Below are positions 23,401 to 35,715 of a DNA stretch of 64,000 bases, piece by piece. A program made the translations under genes and the position numbers. Numbering within the stretch: the stretch's first letter is position 1; every line of letters begins with the position of its first letter. Origin of the DNA: Vicugna vicugna (Eukaryota); assembly GCA_013265495.1 (NCBI GenBank), contig MU063057.1, forward strand, positions 1,793,280 through 1,857,279, in the 5' to 3' direction. The notes beneath the pieces are model-generated. The model was not told the DNA's origin, searched no databases, and worked only from the letters and a program-made list of their open reading frames with translations.

Positions 23401-23929
23401 AGAGCTAGACGTCCAGTGTGCTCTGCGGAAGTCTGAAAATCCAGACGGAAACACTGCCTGTCTCAGGTGGGGAGCCTGAGGCCAGGTCTTCCTGGCCCTA
23501 GACTCGGAGCCTGAATGGATGTGGATGGCGGGAGGCGGAGGTGCCCTGACAACCTGAGTCCAGCTTGTGTGGCTGAGAGGATGGATGATCTCCGACCCAG
23601 ACAGTGAGGAGAGGTTTGGGAGCTGCCTGAGATGGGGGAGCACTAGTGGGGAGGGGCTGGTCAGAGGGGCCCGCCTGGCCCCTCCTCTGGTGGAGACGCT
23701 GGTTCCTTTGGCCCATCAGCCTCTCTCTCACTCGGCACTTTGCCGGGTGTCCTGGCCCAGGCTTCTTGGGCCCCCTATCCAGGCATCTCATGCTCTGAAC
23801 AGTGTCCCCTCCCTACCTCCCACTTTGCAGGCCAGAGGCCTCGGGACCCCCTCCCCTGCTCCCACCTCTCCTATGCCTCTTCTGCCACCCCTTCCCATCC
23901 CAGCCTCTAGCCTGGCCACCCGTGGCCAT

Positions 23930-24030
23930 CCACATGCGTGCCCTGGGGGCACTGCGACAGATGACAACATGCCTGGGGGCCTGGAACAACACAGATCTAC
24001 TACCTTCCAGCTCTGGAGATCAGACCCAGC
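23930..24030 (-). mobile_element. MLT1 LTR fragment
   Basis: Resembles the reverse MLT1 end (...GGAACAACACAGATCTACTACCTTCCAGCTCTGGAG). Confidence 0.45.
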
Positions 24031-27000
24031 CCAGCCCCATCCTGAGCCCTCTGCTGAGGAGCTGGGAGTGGCCCCTGGGCCTGGCCCCCACCCAGTCTCC
24101 CCCTGTTCTTCTCAGAGCCCCTCTGCCCCGCTGTCTGAGGGGACCCCAAGGACAGGGCCAGGGTGCCCCTCAAGATCCCCTCCCCCACCTCCACTGCAGA
24201 GCTGGTAAGGGGCTCGTCCAGGTCACAGCGGCTCACAGCCTGGGGGTCCAGATGCTCACTTCTCAAGGGTCGTGGTCCTCAGCAGGGGAAGCCCTGGTTG
24301 CTCTGCTGGGATCTTCCAGCTGCTGCGGAAAATGGGGCAGCCATAGGGTAAAGACAAAAAGGCCCAGACATGCACTTTGGAGCCTCCGTGTCCCCCAGCT
24401 TGGCCCCAGACTCGCTGAGGCCGAGGGCCTTGACCTCCCGACAAGCTCCCAGCCGGCAGGCACTGGGGAGGCCGGCGAGGGCAGCCCTGGCCTCGCACAC
24501 CCGGCCTTCCTCTCCCGAGTCCCCAGGGTGGCAGGTGGTGGTTGTCCTCCTGTCTCAGATGCAGAAACTGAGTCCCAGGGAGGCTGGGGTGTGGCCGACA
24601 CTCCCAGACTTCTGGAGGAGCCCTGGGGAGCACCCCTGCCCCAGCGGAAGGAGCCCATGGAGGGTGTGTCTGTAGGGCCCAACCTGTCCTCCTGGGCCTG
24701 GAGGAGGGCCCCAGACCCCGCGAGCTCAGAGCCAAGTTGGGCGGGGCTGGGCCAGGCCTGTTAGGTCGTCATGGAAAGTAACATCCGGCCACCACCCTGA
24801 GCTGAGTCTACGTGGCCAGGCTGGCCCAGTGGTGACATCGCTGGCGGGCAGGGGCTCCGCCCAGACGCACCAAGGTGACTTGGCCTCAGGGGTGTGTGTC
24901 CAGGCCTCACCTGCCTGGTAGCCTGAGGAAGGGTCGTGCTGAAAGGGGGCCCTGGGGTCAGCGCCTGGTGGGAGTCCTCGCTGTGGCCCAAGTCGACCAC
25001 GGTCAGAGGCCCCACCTCCAAGGCTCAGGGGCTGTAAGGAGGGTCCCAGGCATGCGAGGTGCCCAGAGAACCACACCAAATTCAGAGGAACTGAAAGTCC
25101 AACCTGGGCCAGAGAGGGAGCACCTGCTGTCAGGGCCTGGGGTCACAGGCTCCCGCCTGCCACGTGGCTCTGCCCTCTGAGGCTGAGGCTGGGGAGGACA
25201 CGGCTGCCTCCAAAGGAAGGAAGCTGGGAAGTCATTCCACTCGGAAGGGCTCGGAGGCACGGGCCAAAGTCCAGGTGTGGCTGCGCTGGGCAGGCCAGCG
25301 GGCAGGGAGCCAAGGGCCACCCACACTAGGGCCAGTGCCCTCCAGCCAGGCCCAGCGCCCAGGACGGACCCTTCTTCAACCAGGGGCTCCCTCAAGGCAT
25401 AGCTGGAAGTAGCAGCTTGCCCACTGGGCCCACTGGGCGCTCCTGGGAGGCAGGGGAGGTGGTCCCAGCAGAGGGCAGGTCAGGGGTCAGCAGCACTTCC
25501 AGCCCAAGGGCTTCGCCCTCCCACCCGGCCTGGCCTCCCACCTCGGGGGCAAGGCTTGGTGAGGGGGCATCTCCAGGTCAAAGTGCCCAGGGAGCAGGAG
25601 CCGTGGGGCTGAGACAGTCTGGTCCCGTGGTGGCCTGGACTCGAGGGAGGGAGCCCTGGGGCCTGGGAAGGTGCTGCGCGCACGAGGGGGTGGGTCCACT
25701 TGGCCCCTGTTCCATGATGTGGGGGCCCTGAGCCAACACAGCAGACCAGCTGCCGGGGCCGGGGGAGGGGGGGTGCTCGAGAGAACTGTTCCCTACGCCA
25801 GGGCAGGCCCCGGGTGCCGGAACGCCCAACCCCTAAGGGGGAGACCATTAGGAAGTGCCCTAACGTGGGGGCTTTTAAGAAACCAGCTTCACTGAGGTAC
25901 GGTTTATAAACGGACCCACTTGAGGGAGCTTCCCCCACCGCGCGGCCCCTCCCTTCCCTCAGACAGCGCCCCGGCCAGCCCCAGGCCCACCCCTCGGCAG
26001 CCACGCTCCCCACACAGGCCTGGAAAGTTTGGATGCCACAGAGAAGGGCCGCCCCAAGCCCCGCGCAGGTGACACTTCTGAGATCCCGGTGCTGTGGGCT
26101 TCCTATTGCCGAGGGTCCGAGAGGGGCACAGCCACTGCTCTCGCCCACCTTTAACTGCTGGCCACTGGTGGACGTGTCCACACTGCCTAGGGCCCCTGCT
26201 CCCCGAGACCCTGCCACAGGGCCCAGTGCCTCCCAGAAGTGGGGGTGCCAAGACCAGCACAGGACAGAAACCAGAAAGGGAAGCTGAGCCCAGTCAGTCC
26301 CTTGGTTTTGAGCGTGCGTGACAGGTAAGCCAGGCCATGTCTCCAACAGCTCGGGCAGCCTGGGGCCAGTAACCCAGGGAGCAGGGAGGCAGAGCCGTGG
26401 GGTGAGAGCATCATCAAAGTGGCGCCCAGAGGGGGGCCCTCCTCATCTAGGGGCAGTCCAGGGGCCCAGTGCGGACAGAGGCAGAGGGCTGACCAGGCAG
26501 CCTGGGCGGCATACCCTGCAAAGCTGACCCAGCTTGCACCCCCTACCCAAGCAGGAGTGCCTCCTCCCCCCGCCCCCCAGCTGATGGCTCCAGGCAAACC
26601 TACTGGATACTCCATGACATACAGCAGGAGTGGCAGGGACTGAACGAGCCTGAGGGCCTCTGCACTTTCAAGGTCCTGGCAACAATGGGGATGGGGCACA
26701 CGGGGCTCTCAGAGGCACTGGAGGGTCCCACAGGAGGGGACTGGCTGAGGGGAGGTCGGAGCCATGGCACATGGGGTGGCACCAATGCTCAGGGCTTCGG
26801 GCTGCGGCCTTGCCACCCGAGTGTACCTGGAACGGCCGACTGACAGCCTGAGGCCAGAAGGCCCCCGGCCTGCACGGCAGCCTCACACACTTCGTACCCC
26901 ACAGGGGAGAGAAAACCCAGCACCTCTGAGCATGGCCCTCCCCCTGCTCCCATCTGTACTGACCTGACATCAGGACACTTTGCTTGGGCACTATGCCACG

Positions 27001-28167
27001 TGGGTCACCACAGAGAACGCAGAGAGGGAGCCACCCAGGTCTGGATCTTCTGCTGCCCGGGCCTGGCCCTCCGTCCAGCTCCCTGGTGGGCCCGTAGCCT
27101 CCAGACGTGATGACCGTGGCCTCGCGCAGCCATGCGCCTCTCAACGCACCACAGAGAGTGTTCTCATAAGGATGTGGGCGCCCTCGAGCTTTGTGGCCAC
27201 AGTCGGTCCACTGTGGGCGTGTGGGGACCGACTCATCACTCCTGGGAAGTGAGGGCTGCCCCCTTGGGGCCCGTGTAAGCTGCGGGAGCGCACCCGGCCC
27301 CTGTGCCCGCACACTCCGGGCTGAAGGCCTGCCATAAGTCACACCTCTCTGGAAACCCTACCAGCTGCCCGGAAGAGGCTCGGAGTCCACACCCCCGCTC
27401 CGTCCTCTCAGGCTGTCCCCGCAACTCACCAAACCCCCAGCACCCTCGCCTCTTCTCAGCGGCCATCGGGGCAGGGTTGGGGCAGGCCTGGGGAGGCTCA
27501 CCGCAGCCCCCCTGCCAGGGGGTCTGACACCACGCTCGCCTGGGTACCTCAGGGGGGCAGCGCTCCCTCTCCCTCTGGCTCTGGTCACCTTGGGCTCAGC
27601 CATGCCGGGCGCTTCCTGCTCCTTCTCGTGGCCAGTACTCTCTCCCTCTGGCCGTTGCCAGGGAGAAGCCGGCCCCTCAGGAAGGCCAGCACCAGGGGAG
27701 CTGGACACTGGCCCCCGCGGAGCAGGGGGCGGCCCTGCCAAGGGCGGTCCCAGGGTCAGGAACTGGAGTGAGAGCCCTGGCAGCAGGTGTTTCTGGGAAA
27801 AGCGCTCCCTCCTGTGAAGAGGGAGGAGCCACCAGGGAAGCCCCAACAAGACGACAGAGCAAATACGGCCTTCAGGCAGGAAGTGTCCCTCCTGGAACCT
27901 TCTGACCAAAAAGGCAAAACCCCACAAGCGCTGGAAACAGGGGGAACGCTTCCTTAAGGTAGCAGAGAGCCCACCTGGGGACCCCAGACCCACCCCAGTG
28001 AAGTGGCCTCTTTCTAAAGACTGGCTTCAGAAGCCTCAGAAACAAGACAGAAAACCAGGGGGCTGCGTGACCACACCTGGCGCTGCCGTGAGGGGAGCAG
28101 GCCGGCACCCCCGCCCGCTCCGCCCAGCAAGAAAGGCATGCACAGTGCTGGCTTCATGTTTCACAAC

Positions 28168-28173
28168 TTTAAT
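28168..28173 (-). terminator. NAP1L4 distal polyadenylation signal ATTAAA
   Basis: tttaat at the end of an AT-rich block resembling the NAP1L4 mRNA 3' end (...TGTACAGAATAGTTAGAATATTCTATTAAAGTTGTG). Confidence 0.75.
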
Positions 28174-28276
28174 AGAATATTCTAACTATTCTGTACAAAT
28201 TGAAAACACTGTATTCAGTTACAAATGTGTGGTAAGTAAGGCTCAGCACCCTACAGGCCTGGCCACAGCGTGGACA

Positions 28277-28294
28277 CAGCGCCCCCTGCTGCCA
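28277..28294 (-). promoter_or_regulatory. CTCF-like motif TGGCAGCAGGGGGCGCTG
   Basis: One mismatch to the CCASCAGGGGGCGC core; binding not shown. Confidence 0.45.
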
Positions 28295-29208
28295 GCGGCC
28301 GCAGTCGCACCCTTGGAAACCCACACGCCAGCCAAGAACAGGTCGCTCCCAACCCAGGGCTTTTAAGACAAGATGAACGTGGGGCCAAGAAATGGGAGCT
28401 GCTGAGAAAGCAGAACATTTACACACTGAACGGAAAGGCTCTCCTCCCCAGCCCGAGCCCCGCACCACAAGGACTGGCAGATCCCGGCTCTGCCCTATGG
28501 CCCGCGTGTCGTGGGGACCGGCTCCTGCTGCCGGCAGCTTCCTCCATGCAGGCCTCGTCCCGTAGGAGCCGGACCACTTCCCGCGCAGGGCACCAGGTCT
28601 CCAGTCGCAAACCTGGTTTCAGAAACTCTAAGCACAAGCGACAGCGTGCGTCCCAAGCCCTCACCAGCGTGAAAGGGTAAATAAATACGAGATGAACCAC
28701 AAGAGCTCGTGCCTCAGGGTCAGTGGGCGCCACAACCCCAGGCCCGCCCGAGAAAAGCGAAGCCCAGGAAAGGACAGTGAGAGGAGAGCGCCACTCCGCC
28801 GGCTCCCCCGACAGTTGGCATGGCGGGAAAACGGCGTGTGGGTCCTTCAAATGAAACAAGAGTCCGGCCCGATGGCGGGAGAGGGGTAACCGGCTCCAGA
28901 GGCCCTGGAACCACATCCCCGGACACGTGCCCCTGGCGTCTACCCTGTGTGGTCTGTGCCACCCCCCACCCCCGGCGGGGCCTGGCAGGTCCACTGAGCT
29001 GCGCCCAAGGCGGTAGAGGGTGCTAGAATTAAACCTCCTATTTCTGAAATGCATCTGAGTTACCACTGTACAGGTTAAGCAAAATAATAAAGTAAAAGGA
29101 GAAGTTAAGTGAAAACCATGCACTTGGAAGCGAGTTAGAGCTGAGCACTGTCAGGTCGCGGGTCGGCGCAGAGCTGACGACGTGCGGCGGCCACACCCGC
29201 GGGGCGTC

Positions 29209-29247
29209 TCACTGCTGTTTGCACTCGGAGGGCTGGCTGGGCTCTTT
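29209..29247 (-). CDS. NAP1L4: NAP1L4 terminal exon coding part KEPSQPSECKQQ* (translated only when the 34-nt exon is skipped; 387-aa isoform)
   Basis: Acceptor TTTTCTCTTTTGACAG|AAAGAG; in frame after ...EINPK; ends CKQQ-TGA. Confidence 0.9.
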   Translation of the reverse strand, partial: KEPSQPSECKQQ

Positions 29248-32200
29248 CTGTCAAAAGAGAAAACAAGACTGTAAAGAATCAACCAACCCCATCAGCCAAG
29301 CATCTCCACCCAACATCGAACACGAAGACTCAAATGCTTCATTTATTCTTACTGAAAAAATGGTTCCTCCAAATGTACTTTTAAAATAGTAACAAAAAAA
29401 TTAACTTCCCAGGAAAAAGATCACAGTGGGACTGCCCATTTTTGTTTAAGGACATTCTCATTCACAGCAGAAGGGTCCTGGGGGAAGCGGGGGTCCTCCG
29501 GAGGCAGAGGCTGATTAAACGCACAGGAAAGCCCTGGTCCCAAAGCTGAAGGCGCCTCAGAGCCGTGGGGCAACCACAGCCCTGCCCACGGGCACCCCTC
29601 CGGCCCTGCAGGGAAGAGGCTCCTGGGCCGCTGCCTGAAGCAACCCCTGTCCCCGCGGCTGGCCCGAGGCTCGCGGGAGGGACGCCCCCGGCACTGGGCT
29701 CTGCCTGCGCCCTGACAGAGGACGAGAGGCCACTGAGAGCTTCACAGACCAGCCCCAGCCCTCCCAGGAGCCTGCCCATGGGGGAATTCCATCCTCCAGA
29801 AAAGGGGTGAGGGAGATCCTCCCTGCCCCGAGGCGCGACTCACTTCAGAACGACCCAACACCCACACCTCACCACTGAAACACGTGAGGCGGCCCCACGG
29901 ACCGCGTGTGGAGCCAACAACAGCCCGAGAGAAGGAGCTTCTGAGCAGACAGACTTCCTCCCAGTAACCGGTGGTTTCTGGCTGTGAAGATGACCAATGA
30001 CTGAACGCGACCAGCCAGGCCCACGGAGTTTCAGAAAAGCCCGCAGCACAGTCTGAAAGGACGTCTGGGACAGCGCCACCAACCCCATCAGAGGACAAGC
30101 CAGGCTGCAGCCTGTTCCGGGGAAGCCACACTGAAGGGGTGAAAAACCGTGTGCAAAAGATGCACACAGACAAATGCCCGTGGGCCCTGGTCCCAGCCCC
30201 CGCCCAGAAGTGTAACGGAAAGGGCACAGGGACGAGCCGGCACAGGCGCCCCACCCGCAATCCTAGCTGAGGAAGACCGCATACTGCCATTCCAAGGACA
30301 GACTTGGAGGAGGCCAAGACCCGTGGCCAAGGGCCCAGACGCTGGCTCCAGACTCACTGGGGGTGCAGAAGTGCTCCAGGCCTGGGACGGCGTTGGCAGG
30401 ACGAGGGAAGAAGGGTGTGCGTGCCTCCGGAATGCATTTGCAGAAGGAAGGAGGTTAGAGATGCCGAAGCTGGGGGTAGGGTGGGGTGGGGCCGGAGCGG
30501 GTGGTGGGCCAGGGGGACCCGGCATGCTGCGTCTCCCTAGGTAAATGTGTACACTGGACACCGAGGATGCCAGGTAAGGCAGAGCGCTGCACAGTCCACA
30601 ACATGCTCCTCGAGGGACTCAGGAGAACGCATCTTATTCACATAGAGTAAACCCTCTCCTGGGGGTACGGAGATGGCTGGCAGAAAGGGGTCCTCACCAA
30701 AACCAAGACCAGGACCAGGGCCAGGGCCACTGCGAGGGCAAGAAGCTGGACGGGAACCCTGCGTCTGGAGGGGGGGGAGGCCGGGAGCTGGCCAGACGAG
30801 GAGGACTGGGCCGCCACCGGCACCCCTGCCACCCGAGGCCCGTGTGCAGCCCCGGCCCTGGGGACAGCGTCCACGTGGACGCAACTCCAGGCTGCAGGGC
30901 TGACACAGAACCGGGACGTGAACTTCAGCCACGACACTGACGGTCTTCAGCCTGTGGCAGAGGCCGAAACAGAACTGCCAACTAAACCCAAGTGTCCTGC
31001 TGCAAGTCAGGTGCTGTCGGAAGCCTAGGCACCCAAGGCTGCTCACGAAGGACAAGAGTCGGTGTTTCAAAGGAACAAACTAACAGCCCACGTTGCCCGT
31101 CAGGGGCCATTTAGAAGGGTTTTAACACACAGCCAACTGGCACGCGCCACAGGCACGCAGCCCGGGGCGGAGGGCGGCCGGGCTGCAGAGGGACGGCCTC
31201 CTCCCAGGGGAAGCTCCAGCCCTGCTGACAGTCTGACGGCACCGCTGTGGTTACACTGAACAGAGTCCCTCGCTCCTAGAGACACAGGCCGGTGCGGGCA
31301 GATGCTCCAGGCAACAGGGACAGCCCTGGCGGGCGTCTTCAGACGTGTGGGAAGCAAGGGCGATTAGATGCCACCACCAGTGATCAGACTTGGCCTTCAG
31401 ACACCGAGATCCACGATGTACATTCACTCCATCGAGTTAAAATGCTTTCCTCAGCCCATGTCTGCCCACTGCCTGTCAGTTCTCTAAGAAACCAAACCCA
31501 CAGGAGTAAGACAGGGAGGCCATGCAGACAGGCCCCCAAGGCGCTGGGGAAGCCAGCCTCCCGGCCCCCCGAGCCACGAGGAGGCGCTGAGACACGGCCC
31601 CCTCTCCCACACACTGGCCGCCCACTGAGCTCAGCTCGTGCAGCCCTCGCTGTTCCCTGGACGGCGCTGTTCCTGAGCTGGTCTCCCCCAGAGGCCCACC
31701 GGCCCCTCCCGTGCACCATACTAGGGAGGGGGCTTCTGGCTGGGGCAGAGCTACGATGCCCGATGACCCAAGCGGGGGACAGGGCGGCGCCGGGGCTGGC
31801 TGATGCCCACTGAAACCTGCGGCCAGTTCTTGCCTCGCTCAGGCAGAACTCTTCCCGGCACCCACAGCGGCGCTCACTAACGCCGACATGAAACGGATGC
31901 CAGTGGCTCTTCAGGTAAAATACTCTGGTGTGAGAAGTTCAGTTACCTTTCCTTATCTGTCAGTCTGCATAACACCTCAATTTAAAAAGTATAAATGATC
32001 GAGAGACATGTGTCAAGAAAATCGCAGTGGGCTGACGCCTACTGCCATTGTGGGCAGCCGATCCCAGGGCCCCCTGTTCTGCCTTCTTCCTGGAGGGCAG
32101 CCCAGTCGTCAACAAAGATGTCACACCAGTTACATCCCTGCTACGTGGTCAGCGACCAACACTGGGCTCGACAAGCAGAAGCCAGATGTGATTTCTGTCA

Positions 32201-32392
32201 GTTGGCTTTAAGAGGACACGTGAGAGATGCCTGCACAAAACGCCGCTCTTCAGCCAGCCCCAGTCCAGCCTGGCACCCGGTGAGTCCGCCTGGACAGCCA
32301 CTTCCTCTTTATCCACTGAGTCACAACGTGGCATTGTTGCAAAGCGTGGACCCGAAGTTTGGAAGTTAGGAATGAATGGAATTCCACCTTAC

Positions 32393-32426
32393 CTAGAAAC
32401 GTATGATTAACAGACAAAAATTACAC
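32393..32426 (-). CDS. NAP1L4: NAP1L4 34-nt cassette exon GTG TAA (V*; 376-aa isoform); only 32421-32426 is coding
   Basis: Acceptor TTTTTTTCCCCATTTAG|GTGTAA, donor CTAG|GTAAGG; gives the known ...EINPKV end. Confidence 0.88.
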
Positions 32427-34020
32427 CTAAATGGGGAAAAAAATTGAAAGGAACTGTCACCGTGAAAGAAAATGAAATGCACAGAATTACAGAGGAGGAA
32501 AAAGCCACTACCTCTCGTTACACGAGGGCGAGGCCCCGACCCTGAGGTGGGAAGCCTCCCGCCAGAGCCGGGCCACTGACACCAGAACCTCCTTCCTCTC
32601 GTTTTCCTCTGGTTGTGCAGGCTGTGACGTAACAGGCCCCTCTGAAGGGGTGTGCGTGAAGGAACAGAAACGTCACAGCATGACCCCAGAGGGCAAGACT
32701 GGGGGATTTTGACCACGTGGTTGACAGTTCTCAGCTCACACAATTGACCCTCCTAAGTCATTTCTCACCAGCCAACAATCAAGACTTCACGAAGGGTTAG
32801 TATTGACAATTCTCTACTTCTTGTTAAGCTGTCTGTAACCACTTGGTGACAATGCTTGTCCAGAAAACTCAGACGTGAGAGGAGTCAGAAGGTCCAGTGA
32901 GGGGGAGAGCAGAGGAGGACAGACAGAAGGAAACAAGACACGGAGGAGCGGAGCACCCGCTGCCGGTAAGACGAGCAGCGGGAGACAGACTGTGCACTGC
33001 ACCTGGAGTGGACGGGGCCAACCACCTCGGCCTCCGCTCCAGAGCTCACACCGGCACCGTGTGTCAGCGCCAAGGGCGGACACATGCACCTGGGCCCCGG
33101 GCGCTGCACCCACGGCAGGGCTGGGGCCGGTGGCCCTCCTCGCGACCCCTGGCGGTCCTCACTCGGGAACTGAGCACAGGCGCGTCCGTGCCGAAACGGA
33201 CAGGCTGGCTCTGAAAAGATGAACGTGCTGGTGAGACCGTGCCCAAAGCAGTATTTATTGGGCACTTTAAGGAAGGAACCATGCCGTGAGCGAGCACTCA
33301 GACACAGCTGGTGCTGCAAGGCCACCACGACAGTCACACCCCGACAGCACAGCACACGTTCTGCTCTGGGCAAAAACAGGGTAAGAAACACACAGTCTAC
33401 AGAAACAGAGGCAAGGATCTCCAATGCCAGGTAATGTTAGTGGCCTCACAGCCCATGGTGTCAGCCTAAGAGGCAGGTGAGCAGCACATGTCACGTGAGC
33501 AAACAGGAGCACTTCTCATCACAGCTTCAGGACAGCACGGGGACAGTTCTGTATGGGAAGTGCGTGCCAGATGGCAAGGCCCTTGATCTCGTCTGAGATC
33601 AAAAGCGAAAACTCAGACCTGCAGGTGCCCACTCATCCTCATCAGCATTCTTTTTTCTTAAGCAAAGCTTCTGAGTTTATTTTAAATTATCTGAGATACC
33701 TAGACACTTAACTTTTGAGTATTCTCAGCCCAAGTACAATTGTAAGATTATACCCACGATTCCATCATTCGTTTAAAAAACTGAACGAGTTTCTATAAAA
33801 TAAGATACAGCTTGTGAAAGAGTTGGAAAGTGTTTTAGTGAATATTTATACTTAACACTCAAATTACATATCACGTCTCAGCAGTTCCTCATTCAAGTAT
33901 TTTTCTGGTGTGTTTTAACTTTACTAATTACAGAACGACAATTACATATTCATAACACCACTGCCTCAAAGTGGGGAACACGATTTAAAAGTCCAACCCC
34001 GCGGCCCCCAGATCACTAAC

Positions 34021-34077
34021 CTTGGGGTTGATTTCGGCGTCGTCCTCATCTTCTCCCTCCTCATCACCTTCTAACTC
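34021..34077 (-). CDS. NAP1L4: NAP1L4 exon ELEGDEEGEDEDDAEINPK
   Basis: 57 nt, ATACAG|GAG acceptor, AAG|GTTAGT donor. Confidence 0.94.
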
Positions 34078-34504
34078 CTGTATCAAAAGGAGAACTAGGT
34101 GAACAGACACGAATTAAGTTCCTGTGGCCCACACTGCCCACAAATAAAGCTAAACTCTGATTCACAAGGGAATCAACTGCAGTCATTACTCTTCATAACT
34201 GATTAACCCCACCCCCGGGCACTTTCTGTTCTCACAGACAACCCTGAAACGAACATATTGCTGAAAAAGTAGATTCTGTTTGTTAAATGATTATTTTCAA
34301 ACATGCACTTTCATGAGGCCAGCTGCAGGGTCACACTCTGGACACAGTTACACATCTGCCACGTCTTCCCTTGGCGCCAGTTCGGCAGGGCTGACAGCCG
34401 CCAAGGCCGCGCCGCTGGGATGACTGTGACGCGCCTGTGACGTCACGGGCTCTGGCCACTCAAGCAGAGAAGGCTTAGTGCAACCTCAGGAAAAGACGTC
34501 TTAC

Positions 34505-34534
34505 CTCCTCTTCTCCTTCCTCACCTTCTTCAAA
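34505..34534 (-). CDS. NAP1L4: NAP1L4 30-nt exon FEEGEEGEEE
   Basis: TTTCTTTTCAG|TTT acceptor, GAG|GTAAG donor. Confidence 0.92.
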
Positions 34535-35599
34535 CTGAAAAGAAAGGAAACGGGTTTTAGGTGTCATTAAGTGCGACGGCAACCAGACCCAGACCCAGTC
34601 CCCGGCAGGCGCCCATGCTGGTCAGGCCGCTGCCTGAAGCACAGGGCCGCGTGCTCACGAGTCCTGCTGTGTCAGAGGGACACCAGGGATCAGAAAACCA
34701 CTCGAAGGGGGACTGTGGATGCGGAGGGGTGCAGAAAGGAGACGGTCAGCTAGGGAGTGTGCTGGGTCCCACCGGGAAACTGGCTGAGCTAAGCAAACCC
34801 CAGCGTGCTTTTATTACACACAGGACTTCTGATGCCACTTTGTATCTCATACAGGCGAAGTCTTTAATTTGTATTTAGAAATACAATAAAACCTTGGCGT
34901 TCAGTCTTAACTGAAGTGCACAGGAGAAACTCCAATACTGTAGCTGGCTGGTCTTGAATGAATTTCTCCCGTGTCCAAGGACATCCCTGGTTGGGCACTG
35001 ATTGGAGTCTCAAACATAAAGCAAAAACAAAATAAAAGACACCTTATCACTGCTGGCTGCATCGATATGGGAGGAGTTACTAGGAGACCCACAAGAGTGT
35101 GGGAGACAAAATCAGGACTTCTACACCCACTTCATCCCAAAACAACGTCCTGTGTGCGCACGCCCCTAGTGAGCCTCAGGTCAGCCAGCTCATCCCTGCA
35201 CCTCAGCGAGCAGTTCCTCTGCCGGGCGGGGTTCTAAGGGCTTGAAAAGCAGCTGGAGTCATTACATCACCTCCAGCTCACACGGGGAATGGGCAGGACT
35301 GGGGCTCCTGCCTAAGTAGGCTGAGGTGAACCCCACTTCTAACCTCACTACACTGCGCAGCAGCAGTCATGTGCAGAGGTGCTGGGAATGAGCACATGCA
35401 CGTGTGCTACAAGCAAACACGCCGCACTGCCCACGTGAGCACCCGCGCTGCACTCTAGCACACACACGCACACAGGCAGCGTATCAAGGTTTTAAGTTGA
35501 TGGGTGTATGACCAAAAAAGTCTGGCGACCACTATCTGGAGATGAGTTTCCACTGTGTGCAGCCCCTCGATGGTTTTTGGCCAAATTATATAAAGCTGA

Positions 35600-35715
35600 A
35601 CATTCAGTTCCTCACTTTACATCTTCCAGCACCACTAGGTGTTGGCCCTAATGCACTGGATGGAGCAGGTAGAGGAAATTCCATCATCACAGGAGGTTCC
35701 ACTGGACTGTGCTAG
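35600..35715 (-). mobile_element. MER3 (hAT-Charlie) fragment
   Basis: AAATTCCATCATCACAGGAGGTTCCACTGGAC resembles the MER3 terminus. Confidence 0.55.

Larger units (their letters stand above)
28150..29208 (-). other. NAP1L4: NAP1L4 3'UTR part of the terminal exon
   Basis: Lies between the TGA at 29209-11 and the ATTAAA signal. Confidence 0.75.

Noticed and set aside
23802-24764. 320-aa + strand ORF
   Set aside because: Pro/Leu/Gly-rich, no recognisable domain, overlaps MLT1 and MIR relics; long ORFs are expected at this GC content.
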